From: Eledone cirrhosa
Lineage: Eukaryota
NCBI GenBank assembly: GCA_964016885.1
Contig: OZ024741.1
Location: 166,780,001-166,844,000 of the forward strand
Length of the DNA stretch: 64,000 nucleotides
Direction: 5' to 3'
Position numbers and translations under genes: made by a program. The notes beneath the pieces were generated by a model. That model saw nothing but the letters and a program-made list of their open reading frames with translations. It had not been told where the DNA came from and searched no databases. The stretch's first letter is position 1; each line of letters starts with the position of its first letter. Below are positions 40,341 through 53,109 of the stretch, one piece after another.

Positions 40341-43182
40341 TATTTCTTTTATTTGCCACTAGGGCATCAAAAGTGGGACAAGTACAAAGGGGGGAGTTTA
40401 CACAAAAAGGCGTCCTCAATAAGGAGGAGGCAATAACAAAATATAAAAATAAAATAAGATATAACAAAAAATAAAATTTTTAACAAAATCCTCAATAGAG
40501 AGGAGGCGCCTTGGGGGGTCGCACACACCCCCGAAAAAAGTGTGCAACCCTTCTCCTCAGGAGCACAGAGAAGGGGTGCTCCCTTGGTCTTTCATCTTCC
40601 TCACCTATAGTCTGATGTAGAGTGAAGGCCCATTCACACGGGCCATTCTCGCCACTTTCACCCATCTTTCATAGAAACGGCTGGGGTGCAGCACCTCTCT
40701 CTCCATCCTGATCCTTCTTCCGAAATGATATCGGAAGAAACGGACCAGTTGTTGGCCAGAGAGAAAGGTGCCCGACCTCAGTCCTTTCAGACGCGTCCAC
40801 CATACAACCTCTTTCGCCATGGCTATTACGCACAGAAACACCGCCTCTGCTTCATCTTTGAAGGGGGGAGGCGGCTTGATCATTACAATAGACTCGGTGG
40901 TCAACCGGATCGGTCCCACCCTTGACAGCAGTTGTTCGACATAGCCCCACAGATCGGCTACGCCCGAGCAGTGTACTAATGCGTGTGCAACGGTTTCCTC
41001 GTCGCACACGCATCTGGGACAGATCTTTTTGGCGGGGTCCCTACCCGGGCGCCCGTGTCTGTAGAGCCTTTCTCGAACGGGTAAAGCCCCTCGGTAGCAC
41101 TGCCAGGCCAGGGACTTCTGGAAGTTGTCCATAGGTCCCGGGCTGAATGTCCTACCGAACAGGCTGGCCAGTTCGTCCTCCTCCATGTCTAGGGCTTCTC
41201 CGAGGGCGTCGTCGCACCTGCTGCGTACCAGCCCTCTATAGAATGTTGCGGTGGAGTCTCCACTGACAACCGGATCCGCCTGCCAGAGGGCGGTGAGCGC
41301 CTGGGCACACTCAGTGTGCCAGGCGCCCAGTTTTCTCGGTCTTTGCTTGACCCAGGATTGCAGCTCGGTGAGTGAGACGAGTCTGGGAAAGGTTCGTCTC
41401 ACAAACGAGGCCCACACCGGTTGTCCGGTGAGGAATACGTAGAGGTGCCGTAGCCTTAATGCGTGTTTACGCATCATTAGCCACGGCATCCCCAGCCCTC
41501 CTTTCGAAGGGTGTTGACAGCAGATGGATCTCCTCACCATAGGAGCTCGCCTCTTCCAAAGGAATTGGAAGAGCGCGCGCTCCATCTTGGTGAGGGTTTC
41601 CCTTGGGCAGGGCACTACGGTCAGGCGGTAGTAGATGACGGACGCTATGTAGGTGTTCGCCACCTCCGCCCGACCTTTCAGGGATAGTTTGCAACTGGCC
41701 CACTTCTGGGTCAGTGCAAACACCCTGTTCGTAACCTCCGCCCAGTTTTTCTCCACCTGGAGGTCCGGTCCGAACCAGACCCCGAGCAACTTCACCGGGC
41801 CCTCCGTCCAGCGTCCGACGACGCTATCGGAGGGCATCGGTCTGCCCCTCCACGTGCCGAGTTGCAAACCGATCGACTTGTCCCGGTTCAGCTTAGCCCC
41901 TGTGAACTTTTCGTACTCCTCCAGTAAGGTGCCGACCGCCTCGATTTCGGAGGCCGTCGACACCATTACTGTCACGTCATCGGCGTAGGCCGACACCGCT
42001 TTCCGCAATCCCGGTTCCAAAGGGATGCCCTGCAACAACTCCAACTTCCGCAGTAGTGGCTCGAGAGTCAACACATACAGAAGGGAGGAGAGAGGGCACC
42101 CTTGTCGGATGGACCGCGCGATTTTGAACGGCTCCGAGAGGTAGCCGTTCACCTTGACCCTAGAGCAGATGCGGCTGCTGTGCATAGCAGTGATCCAGCC
42201 CCTGAAAACGGGTCCGAAGCCTGCCGCCGCTAGCACCGCATCCAGGTAACCATGGTCGACCCTATCGAACGCCTTAGATTGATCCAAGTTGATCAGAGCC
42301 CCACCAAAGCCGGGTTCGTTCCCAACCCTCTCTATGATGTATCGCATGAGGTGGAGGTTGTCATGGATGGACCTGGACGGGATAGCGCATGTCTGCGCAT
42401 CTCCCACCAGGTTGCCCACGACAAGCGCCAACCTCTTTGCTAGCACCTTGGCCAAAATCTGTAACTCTGTATTTAGCAGTGTTATGGGCCTGAAGTTACT
42501 TATTTCGTCCCCCTTGTTCTCGTCCTTCCTCACTAGCGTGACTACGCCCTTGGTCACAGTACAGGGAATTCTCCCGTTCTGTTGCCAGTTGCAGTAGACC
42601 GCCTCGAGGAGATCGGGGAACAAGTCCGGCATAGCTAGATATAATTCGTAAGGAAGACCATCGAGACCCGGGGATTTGCGTTTGCCGCATTGGCTCAGCA
42701 CGTCCTCTATCTCAGCGGCCGAAATCGGCTCCTCGCAGGACTTCGCCTCCCTGTCCGAGAGGCGCGGCAGGCCGTCGAGGTATGGACCGAAGTCCACGTT
42801 TCCAACCGGCTCCCCGCCCCTCCCGAACAGTCGGGCAAAGTGCCTTTGAAAGGCCTCACACATCTGCTTAGGCTCAAGAATCGCCCGTCCATCCAGGTCT
42901 CGCAAAGACCGGATGGTGGATTTAGTTCCACTGTTGGCCTCTGTCACGCGGGCCCAGCTAACAGCTTTGGTCCCCTCGTTCCCTAGAGCACGTATTTTAC
43001 TTCGGACAACGCAGCCTTCGTGCTTCGCGTCGAAAAACTGGCTCAAAGCCGTTCTCGACGCTAGCACTCTGGCCACGTCGCCGCTTCTAATTGCCTCTTC
43101 TACTCTATCTATTAGCTCCCTTTCCTTCCTATTCCTATCCGCAGCTAGAACCTTACTAAATTCTATCGAGACTACTCTAATC
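40341..43182 (-). mobile_element. 5'-truncated Tx1-like LINE with uninterrupted frame
   Basis: Frame open from 43182 (IRVVSIEF..) to the stop at 40605. 3' UTR ends gccctagtggcaaataaaagaaa plus (TCTA)n(TC)n. Confidence 0.95.
40605..43076 (-). CDS. Tx1-like ORF2, truncated (RT plus CCHC, endonuclease missing)
   Basis: PGLDG, FRPITLLN, DQSKAFDRV, RQGCPLS, YADD, CPRC..HALVHC. Confidence 0.9.
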   Translation of the reverse strand: MARVLASRTALSQFFDAKHEGCVVRSKIRALGNEGTKAVSWARVTEANSGTKSTIRSLRDLDGRAILEPKQMCEAFQRHFARLFGRGGEPVGNVDFGPYLDGLPRLSDREAKSCEEPISAAEIEDVLSQCGKRKSPGLDGLPYELYLAMPDLFPDLLEAVYCNWQQNGRIPCTVTKGVVTLVRKDENKGDEISNFRPITLLNTELQILAKVLAKRLALVVGNLVGDAQTCAIPSRSIHDNLHLMRYIIERVGNEPGFGGALINLDQSKAFDRVDHGYLDAVLAAAGFGPVFRGWITAMHSSRICSRVKVNGYLSEPFKIARSIRQGCPLSSLLYVLTLEPLLRKLELLQGIPLEPGLRKAVSAYADDVTVMVSTASEIEAVGTLLEEYEKFTGAKLNRDKSIGLQLGTWRGRPMPSDSVVGRWTEGPVKLLGVWFGPDLQVEKNWAEVTNRVFALTQKWASCKLSLKGRAEVANTYIASVIYYRLTVVPCPRETLTKMERALFQFLWKRRAPMVRRSICCQHPSKGGLGMPWLMMRKHALRLRHLYVFLTGQPVWASFVRRTFPRLVSLTELQSWVKQRPRKLGAWHTECAQALTALWQADPVVSGDSTATFYRGLVRSRCDDALGEALDMEEDELASLFGRTFSPGPMDNFQKSLAWQCYRGALPVRERLYRHGRPGRDPAKKICPRCVCDEETVAHALVHCSGVADLWGYVEQLLSRVGPIRLTTESIVMIKPPPPFKDEAEAVFLCVIAMAKEVVWWTRLKGLRSGTFLSGQQLVRFFRYHFGRRIRMEREVLHPSRFYERWVKVARMARVNGPSLYIRL

Positions 43183-43443
43183 AGAGAGAGAGAGAGATAG
43201 ATAAATAGATAAATTTCTATTTATTTGCCACGAGGGCACAAAAGAAGGGGACATTTACACAGTGGGGGAGTTTACATAAATCGAGTAAAGAAAAAAGGAA
43301 TAACAATAATAATATAACAATAAAAAGTCCTCAAAAGGGAGGGGGCGTGTTGGGGATTGCACATACCCCCGAAAAGTGTGCAACTCTTTTCGCGGGGGAA
43401 GCCCAGAGAGGAGGCGCTCCCCCTTTCCTCTTCACTTCTTCAC

Positions 43444-46400
43444 CTACAGAACAATGTAGAGAGAAGGCCCATTTACACGGGCCATTCTCGCTTCTTTCAC
43501 CCACCTTTCATAAAACTGTCTGGGACCAAGCACTTCTCTCTCCATCCTGATTCTTCTTCCGAAGTGGTATCGGAAGAAGTAAACCAGGTGATGGCCGGAG
43601 AGAAAGTCACCCGACCTCAGACCTTTCAGGCGCGTCCACCACACAACCTCTTTCATCATGGCTATTACGCACAGAAAGACCGCCTCTGCTTCATTTCTGA
43701 AGGGAGGAGGCGGCTTGATGTTCACCACAGACTCGGCGGTTAATCGAATCGGCGCCACACGCGACAGCAGTCGTTCGACGTAGCCCCACAGATCGGCAAC
43801 GCCGGGGCAGTGTACCAGTGCATGCGCAACGGTTTCCTCGTCGCGCACGCATCTGGGACAGATCTTTTTCGCGGGATCCCTGCCCGGGCGCCCGTGTCTG
43901 TAGAGCTTTTCTCGAACGGGCAGAGCCCCCCGGTAACACTGCCAGGCTAGGGACCTCTGGAAGTTGTCCATGGGTCCCGGGCCGAAAGTTCTACCGAACA
44001 GGCTGGCCAGTTCGTCTTCCTCCATGCCTAGCGACTCTCCAAGGGTGTCGTCGCCCCTGCTAGCCACCAACCCTCTATAGAATGTTGAGGTGGATTCTCC
44101 ACTGACAGTCGGGTCCGCTTGCCAGATAGCCGTGAGCGCCTGGGCACACTCAGTGTGCCAGTTGCCCAGTTTTCTCGGTCTTTGCTTCACCCAGGATTGC
44201 AGTTCGGTGAGCGAGACGAGCTGTGGGAAGGCTCGCCTCACAAACGGGGCCCACACCGGCTGACCGTTGAGGAATACCTGTAGATGCCGTAGCCTCAATG
44301 CGTGCCTACGCATCAACAGCCACGGCATACCCAGCCCTCCTTTCGAAGGGTGCTGGCAGCAGATGGATCTCCTCACCATGGGAGGCCGCTTCTTCCAGAG
44401 GAACTGGAAGAGCATGCGTTCCATGATGGTGAGCTTTTCCTTGGGGCAAGGCACGACGGTCAGGCGGTAGTAGATGACGGACGCTATGTAAGCGTTCGTC
44501 ACCTCCGCCCGACCTTTCAGTGATAGTTTGCACTTGGCCCACTTCTGGGTCAGCGCAAACACCCTGCTCGTCACCTCGCCCCAATTCTTCTCCACCTGGA
44601 GGTCCGGTCCGAACCAGACCCCGAGCAGCTTCACCGGGCCCTCCGTCCACCGCCCGACGACACCGTCTAACGGCATCGGTTTGCCCCTCCACGTTCCGAG
44701 TTGCAAACCGACTGACTTGTCCTGGTTCAGCTTAGCCCCCGTCAGCCTTTCGTATTCCTCCAGTAGGGTGGCGATCGCCCCGATTTCCGAGGCGTCCGCC
44801 ACCATTACTGTTACGTCGTCGGCATAGGCCGAGACCGCTTTGTGCAATCCCGGTTCCAGGGGTATGCCCCGCAGCAACTCCAACTTCCGCAGCAGTGGCT
44901 CGAGAGTCAATACGTACAGAAGGGAGGAGAGGGGGCACCCCTGTCTGATGGATCGGGTGATTTGAAACGGCTCCGAGAGGTAGCCGTTTACTTTAATCCT
45001 AGAGTAGATGTTGCCACTGTGCATGGCAGAAATCCAGCCCCTGAAAACGGGTCCGAAGCCCGCCGCCGCTAGCACCGCATCCAGGTAACCATGGTCGACC
45101 CTATCGAACGCCTTAGATTGATCCAAGTTGATCAGGGCCCCACCAAAGCCGGGTTCGTAGCCAACCCTCTCTATGATGTATCGCATGAGGTGGAGGTTGT
45201 CGTGAATGGACCTGGACGGGATAGCGCATGTCTGCGCGTCTCCCACCAAACCACCCACCACAAGCGCCAACCTCTTCGCCAACACCTTGGCCAAAATCTG
45301 TAACTCTGCATTCAGCAGAGTTATGGGCCTAAAGTTACTTAAGTCGTCCCCCTTGCTCTCGTCCTTCCTCACTAGCGTGACCACGCCCTTGGTCACAGAA
45401 CAGGGAATTCTCCCGTTCTGTTGCCAGTTGCAATAGACAGCCTCGAGGAGTTCGGAGAACAAGACCGGCATAGCTAAATAAAGTTCGTATGGTAGACCAT
45501 CGAGACCCGGGGATTTGCGTCTGCTGCATTGGCTGAGCGCTTCCCCGATTTCAGTGGCTGTGATTGGCCCTTCGCAGCACTCCGCTTCGCCGCTCGAAAG
45601 ACGCGGTAGACCGTCGAGGTATGGACCGAAGTCCACATCCCCGTCCGGCCCCCCGCCACCTCCGAACAGTCGAGCAAAGTGCCTTTGAAAGGTCTCGCAC
45701 ATTCGCTCAGGTTCAAGGATCACCCGTCCATCCTGGTCTCGCAAAGACCGAATGGTGGATTTAATCCCACTCTTGGCTTCTGTCACGCGGGCCCAGCTAA
45801 CAGCTTTGGTCCCCTCGTTTCCTAAAGCACGTATTTTACTTCGGACAACGCAGCCTTCGTGCTTCGTGTCAAAGAACTGGCTCAATGCCGTTCTCGTCGC
45901 TAACACTCTGGCTACGTCTCCGCTCCTAATCGCCTCTTCTAGTTTATCTGTTAACTCCCTTTCCCTCCTATTTCTATTCGCCGCTAGTTCCTTACTGTAA
46001 CCTATCGAACTTACTCTAATCTCTCTCTTTAGAGATATCCACCACCTACTGTTGACGATCGCTCCCGTCAACCGCATCTTAACTAAGCTACTAATCCGGT
46101 TTCTGTAATCTTTCTTTGTCGGTAAGGACAAGTTCATCTTCCAGTAACCGGGACCCTGTCTATGCGTTCTATCAAGGTTGACCACGCAGGTCACTAATTT
46201 GTGATCTGAATAGCCAACCATGATCAGTTCTGGACAACTAAATACGTCCCTATCCTTACTCCTAACCAAAAACCTATCTAGGTACGATCTAGATTGTCCA
46301 CTGCGGTTTGCCCAGGTCCAGGTTGGCGCAGTTGGACAATCTAGTCGAAATCTATCGACCAGGTCGAATCGATCGAGTAACCCCTTGAGGCTGCTACACC

Positions 46401-46872
46401 CCCCTCTATCGGGACATGCCCCTGCATAGTCCCAACGCGCATCTAGGATTCCATTCCAGTCCCCCACTAAAAGCAGGGAACGCGACGTTCCTAGAAAAGT
46501 CTCCAGACGTTGGAAGAAGTCGGCTCTCTCCGCCCCGAAGGGAGCATAAAGACCGACCAGTCTGAAAGCCCCGCCTTCACCACCTCCGACGTCCAGCACC
46601 AGTAATCGACCCCCCGGGTCCGAGTGAACAATCTGTACGTCGAGAGTTAGACGTTTATCCAGCAGTACGGCAACTCCCCCCCCGCCTCCGGGTTGACAGA
46701 GAGATGCGTGCATCTCAAAGTCATCGAAGGCGGGCGCCAGCTGTCTCACGCTGCTGATCCGACTCTCGCAAACAACCATCACATCTATACTTTGTGACCT
46801 GAGGTCACTTAGAAGCTTTGCTTGCTTCCAAGCTGAGCTCAGGCCACGCGCGTTCAAACAGCCAACTCTCAA
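43444..46872 (-). CDS. ORF2: APE endonuclease, reverse transcriptase and C-terminal CCHC finger
   Basis: EN motifs CLNARG, CES, LYAP, GDWN, YLDR, SDH; RT motifs through YADD. 1142 codons open; begins at TTG. Confidence 0.95.
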   Translation of the reverse strand: MRVGCLNARGLSSAWKQAKLLSDLRSQSIDVMVVCESRISSVRQLAPAFDDFEMHASLCQPGGGGGVAVLLDKRLTLDVQIVHSDPGGRLLVLDVGGGEGGAFRLVGLYAPFGAERADFFQRLETFLGTSRSLLLVGDWNGILDARWDYAGACPDRGGCSSLKGLLDRFDLVDRFRLDCPTAPTWTWANRSGQSRSYLDRFLVRSKDRDVFSCPELIMVGYSDHKLVTCVVNLDRTHRQGPGYWKMNLSLPTKKDYRNRISSLVKMRLTGAIVNSRWWISLKREIRVSSIGYSKELAANRNRRERELTDKLEEAIRSGDVARVLATRTALSQFFDTKHEGCVVRSKIRALGNEGTKAVSWARVTEAKSGIKSTIRSLRDQDGRVILEPERMCETFQRHFARLFGGGGGPDGDVDFGPYLDGLPRLSSGEAECCEGPITATEIGEALSQCSRRKSPGLDGLPYELYLAMPVLFSELLEAVYCNWQQNGRIPCSVTKGVVTLVRKDESKGDDLSNFRPITLLNAELQILAKVLAKRLALVVGGLVGDAQTCAIPSRSIHDNLHLMRYIIERVGYEPGFGGALINLDQSKAFDRVDHGYLDAVLAAAGFGPVFRGWISAMHSGNIYSRIKVNGYLSEPFQITRSIRQGCPLSSLLYVLTLEPLLRKLELLRGIPLEPGLHKAVSAYADDVTVMVADASEIGAIATLLEEYERLTGAKLNQDKSVGLQLGTWRGKPMPLDGVVGRWTEGPVKLLGVWFGPDLQVEKNWGEVTSRVFALTQKWAKCKLSLKGRAEVTNAYIASVIYYRLTVVPCPKEKLTIMERMLFQFLWKKRPPMVRRSICCQHPSKGGLGMPWLLMRRHALRLRHLQVFLNGQPVWAPFVRRAFPQLVSLTELQSWVKQRPRKLGNWHTECAQALTAIWQADPTVSGESTSTFYRGLVASRGDDTLGESLGMEEDELASLFGRTFGPGPMDNFQRSLAWQCYRGALPVREKLYRHGRPGRDPAKKICPRCVRDEETVAHALVHCPGVADLWGYVERLLSRVAPIRLTAESVVNIKPPPPFRNEAEAVFLCVIAMMKEVVWWTRLKGLRSGDFLSGHHLVYFFRYHFGRRIRMEREVLGPRQFYERWVKEARMARVNGPSLYIVL

Positions 46873-46877
46873 TTGAT

Positions 46878-48740
46878 CTATTTTGGTGTTGAAAGTGAAG
46901 AAAGAAAAGCACTTACCTCTCCGGGTTGCGTAATTTCCATGGCATCAGGTGTGTTGGGTGGAGGGATGTTTTGTGGTGGTGTGGGGGTACACGTGTGTGG
47001 TGGGGTTGGAGTATTTGGAGTTGTGTCAGGGAGAGGGGCGGTTATGGGGAAATCTTTCAAGAGGACGCGATTCAACGGTTTTAAACAGGGGGGGCTCACG
47101 TCCCGTCTAAATTGTTCTTTTAAGGAACGATAAAGGTCCAGAGGGACCTTTATCATTTTTAAATGGGTGAAGTTCTCTGTTGAGATAAAGTTTGGCCCTT
47201 CGGTCTGCACCATAGGGTTATTGTTTATTAATTTAACCAGTTTTTTGTTTTCTTTATTTATATATGTGTATTGCAACGTCTTTTTTTGTGATGCTGTCAA
47301 TGTTTCGGAGAGGGGAGGCGCAGATTTATTTTTGTTTGTTGAGGGTGGGGTGTTTTTGATTGGAGTTGGTGTTTGTGTGTGGGTTATTTGTGGTGTGCTG
47401 GGTGTGTGTTTTCTTTTTTTTCTTTTAACTTGTCTGAAGGCTTCTCCTCCTTCTTCTTCAGAAGTTGGGGGAAACTCTTCAGCGCTAGGTGGGAGGGACG
47501 TGTTGTGTGGTTGTTTTTTTTTTGCGGGAGGGGTAGATTTGTTACTGTTTTTTTTATTATTTGTTTGGAATGGGTTTTGTGGTGGTGGTGGTGGTAATGT
47601 TTGTGTCGTGCTTGTGGTTGGTAATGGTGGTGGTGATGTTTGTGTTGTGGTTGGTGGTGGTGATTTTTGTGTCGTGCTTGTGTTTGGTGCTGGTGGTGGT
47701 GATGTTTGTGTTGTGTTTGTGGTTGGTGGTGTCTGTATTTTGTTTGCTGTGTGTGGTATTAGTGTATTTTTGGAGGTGGGTGGTGCTGGTGTACTGTTTG
47801 TGGTGGGTGTGGGCAATAGTCCTTTTTGGGGGATACGTTTCGGGCAGTTAGCCTTAACGTGTCCCCTTTCCATGCATAAATAGCATGCTGGTCTTCTCCC
47901 CTCTACAATTATGTCTATTGGGGTAAGGTCATCCAGCCAGATGCGATCCGGGATTTGTGCTATTCTTTCGGGCCTCATTTGGACTAGTATGTCGAGGCCC
48001 ATTCCCAGGAACGCATCTCCAGTTGCCTTCCCCATTGACAGCATAGTGTCTTCGCCCATATCAATGAAGCCAGCAATAGCCCACCAGAAGTCCATTGTGG
48101 GCAGCATTGTTTTTACTTTTACCCTCTGTGTTCTTCTACCCATGTAGGAGGGATAGAAGCTATATGTTGTCGACGAGAGTGGGCTTAGGGAAAGCTGAAC
48201 CGCCGTTTCTTTGTCTCTTGTTAGGACCGAAATGCTGCCATAGAGTCGGTCCTTTCGTATGAAGAGAATATTCTTCATATAGTCTTTTAGGACTAACTCT
48301 ATTTCCATTTGGCTGGGCTGTGCTGGCTTTCTTGACTGGTTTAGTATAGTTCTGTATATAACTGTGTTTTCTTCTCTGGCTTTCTTGAATTCTGGGGGGG
48401 AGTTAATGGAAAACATTCCGTTCTCTCCCAAAACAATATGTTTCTTTGCTTCGGCCAGTTTTTCTCTGGCGGCAGTTAGGTCAATTGGTGTGTATGTAAT
48501 GGATTGCTTTGTTTTCTGGGCGAAAGTTGCCCTGTCGTTATTTGTATTATTTTCTGTTTGTTTGTTTTCTGTTTGCTCATTTTCCTTAACATTTGTTTTT
48601 TCATTTTGTTTGTTTGTTTCAATGTCTAATTTTGTTGTAATTATTTTTTGTTCTTCAGACTTGGGGGGCGTGGCAGAGCTAATGGCAGACATGTCTGCCA
48701 TCTTTTCCGCCATGCTGCCAAGAAAGAAATTTTTCGGCAA
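46878..48740 (-). CDS. ORF1: gag-like nucleic-acid-binding protein with zinc knuckle
   Basis: CYLCMERGHVKANC (CX2CX4HX4C) and Pro/Thr-rich, basic C-terminal half. The likely ATG is MAEKMADM. Confidence 0.9.
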   Translation of the reverse strand: MPKNFFLGSMAEKMADMSAISSATPPKSEEQKIITTKLDIETNKQNEKTNVKENEQTENKQTENNTNNDRATFAQKTKQSITYTPIDLTAAREKLAEAKKHIVLGENGMFSINSPPEFKKAREENTVIYRTILNQSRKPAQPSQMEIELVLKDYMKNILFIRKDRLYGSISVLTRDKETAVQLSLSPLSSTTYSFYPSYMGRRTQRVKVKTMLPTMDFWWAIAGFIDMGEDTMLSMGKATGDAFLGMGLDILVQMRPERIAQIPDRIWLDDLTPIDIIVEGRRPACYLCMERGHVKANCPKRIPQKGLLPTPTTNSTPAPPTSKNTLIPHTANKIQTPPTTNTTQTSPPPAPNTSTTQKSPPPTTTQTSPPPLPTTSTTQTLPPPPPQNPFQTNNKKNSNKSTPPAKKKQPHNTSLPPSAEEFPPTSEEEGGEAFRQVKRKKRKHTPSTPQITHTQTPTPIKNTPPSTNKNKSAPPLSETLTASQKKTLQYTYINKENKKLVKLINNNPMVQTEGPNFISTENFTHLKMIKVPLDLYRSLKEQFRRDVSPPCLKPLNRVLLKDFPITAPLPDTTPNTPTPPHTCTPTPPQNIPPPNTPDAMEITQPGEVSAFLSSLSTPK

Positions 48741-49312
48741 AAATAGATATTTATTTTACCCCCTAAAAAGGGGGTAAATGCAAAAATGTTTCCCTAAATA
48801 ACAGGGGTTAGTGTTCCAAATGTGTTGCACTAAAAATTTTATCCGGTACTTACAATAGTAAGGGTAAATCCCGATGGAATAGCGGAGCCGATGCGAAGCG
48901 TGTCTTACTCTATCAAGATAGATAGATAGATAGATAGAGAGAGAGAGTGTGTGGCTGTGTGTGTGTTTCTGTGTGTGTGTGAGTTTTGTGTGTCTGTGTT
49001 TGTGTGTGTGCGTGCGCGCGTGCGTGTGTGTTGTGTGTGTCTGTGTCTATGTCTCTGTATGTGTGTGTGTGAGAGAGAGAGATAGAGATTGAAGCATAAC
49101 TGTGAAGATAGTAGTACCACAATAAACAACCCGAAGATAAACCATTGTGTGTATGTTTAGAAGCTACCAAGATGACAGTGGCTAATTTAGTGAAAGGTTT
49201 ATGTTTGTGTGTGCATGTATGTGTGATGTGTGTGTATATATATATATATCGGTGTGAGTGTGTGTGTGTGTTATATGTGTGTGTGAAATTTTGTCTCAAT
49301 CCCGAGTGAGTA

Positions 49313-49361
49313 AACGTCCCCGATGATGGATAGAAATCCTGAAACACTTGTGTCTGGCGTT
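49313..49361 (+). ncRNA. Type-I hammerhead-like motif (U4C variant)
   Basis: aacgtc c CCGATGA t[ggat..atcc]t GAAA cacttgtg TC t ggcgtt. Confidence 0.5.
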
Positions 49362-49523
49362 CTCATACGTTTAAAACATCCATAGCGAGACTTATATTTG
49401 TTTATTTTAAATAAGCCTATCTTCATATTTTAAAATAACAGGAAAGCACAAACGGGAGACATCCCCTTCATCAGTTGTCTGGTGGAGATCACAGACATTT
49501 AAATATATATATATAAATAAATG

Positions 49524-49661
49524 AAGTTAGTCCTTCATCAGTGATCTTCCAACCATCATTGGTATTTCCTCGCTTTAAAGACCAGTGATGGTTGGAAGAT
49601 CACTGATGAAGGACTAACTTTATTCATATATAACCCATTTGCAACCACGCAGCACGTTTAT

Positions 49662-49665
<4 letters not shown>
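49524..49665. repeat. Hairpin element family B (CTGATGA in both arms)
   Basis: Arms 49524-49563 and 49581-49620. Related to 39405-39460, 59442-59678 and 60045-60165. Confidence 0.8.
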
Positions 49666-49700
<35 letters not shown>

Positions 49701-49821
49701 TAGAAGCCTTTATTCTTATAGCTTGGTCTAATCGATTTTTTATATGGTTAATTATGCTAATTGGGAGAGGAAACAGTATATATTTTATCTGGTGATTCTA
49801 TAGACATGTTTTATGATATAT

Positions 49822-50797
<976 letters not shown>

Positions 50798-51289
50798 AGT
50801 GGTTCACCACTGGATAGAACTGGTCATTCCGTTTAGTTAGCCATGATATAATAGTTGGAAAAGTACTCTGCGTTATGAAACTCATCAATCGTTGATGTTA
50901 AGTCCTGTGGTTAGTGTAGGAACGGGGTTAAATATTGGTTTGATTAAAACAACAGAAGGTCGGACTGGTGATGTTCCTTTAAAGTTTTAATGTTGCAAAA
51001 ATATTATATATATTTCAATGGCCTGGTTACGTAAGATCCTGGCGAAATCAGGTTCGGATTGCATAATTAGTTAATCAATAAAAGAATACACACACACACA
51101 TATATAAGCATGATTGGATGTAAGAAATACATCAAACAGAGATTGTTCGAAGCACCGTATTTCAGTAATGCTGACAAATTAATTAATAGAAAATCATTTT
51201 CGGTGTTAATATTGCTAAATGGATAATCTATTCACAATCTACTAAATATATGTCAAATGTAAAAACAGATTTATTGCAAAAAATTCAAA

Positions 51290-51530
51290 TGTTTTTTTGT
51301 GGTTATGAAAACGAAAAAGGAAGGGAAAGGCAAGGGCTCTAGGGTCACAGAAGAATGGGAGGAGAAGGGGGAGGGTGATGGGCTCTGGGCCTAGGGTGCG
51401 GTGGTAAAGGGCTGCGCCCCACGGACAAGACCGCAAAATCATTTCCGCGGACAATGGCCAGCAACAGCCACACCACCTCGCGGGGGTCCTTCTCAGCCGA
51501 GCTGCTGACGTTCCGATCTTGCGGAGATAA
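51290..51530 (-). mobile_element. CRE-like 3' relic
   Basis: LRKIGTSAARLRRTP.. and the same 3' UTR as 15284-15970. Confidence 0.6.
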
Positions 51531-51618
51531 TATGTCAAATTAATAACAGTATTATAATATTTCAACTTAAAATATCCACTTTAAGAGTTATTATTATTGT
51601 TTTGCAACTCTCTACCAG

Positions 51619-53105
<1,487 letters not shown>

Positions 53106-53109
53106 GTTA

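Larger units (their letters stand above)
43212..48905 (-). mobile_element. Full-length Tx1/L1-clade non-LTR retrotransposon
   Basis: ~165-bp 5' UTR, ORF1, ORF2 and 3' UTR with AATAAA. Both ends abut (TCTA)/(TC) repeats. Confidence 0.95.

Noticed and set aside
46878-46916. Perfect donor GAG|GTAAGT, pyrimidine tract and TAG at the ORF1 end, suggesting a 39-nt intron fusing ORF1 to ORF2
   Set aside because: Removing it yields GAG ATC AAT TGA (stop), and no nearby AG restores the ORF2 frame.
47167-48777. Antisense ORFs over Tx1 ORF1
   Set aside because: Shadow frames of a compositionally biased coding strand.
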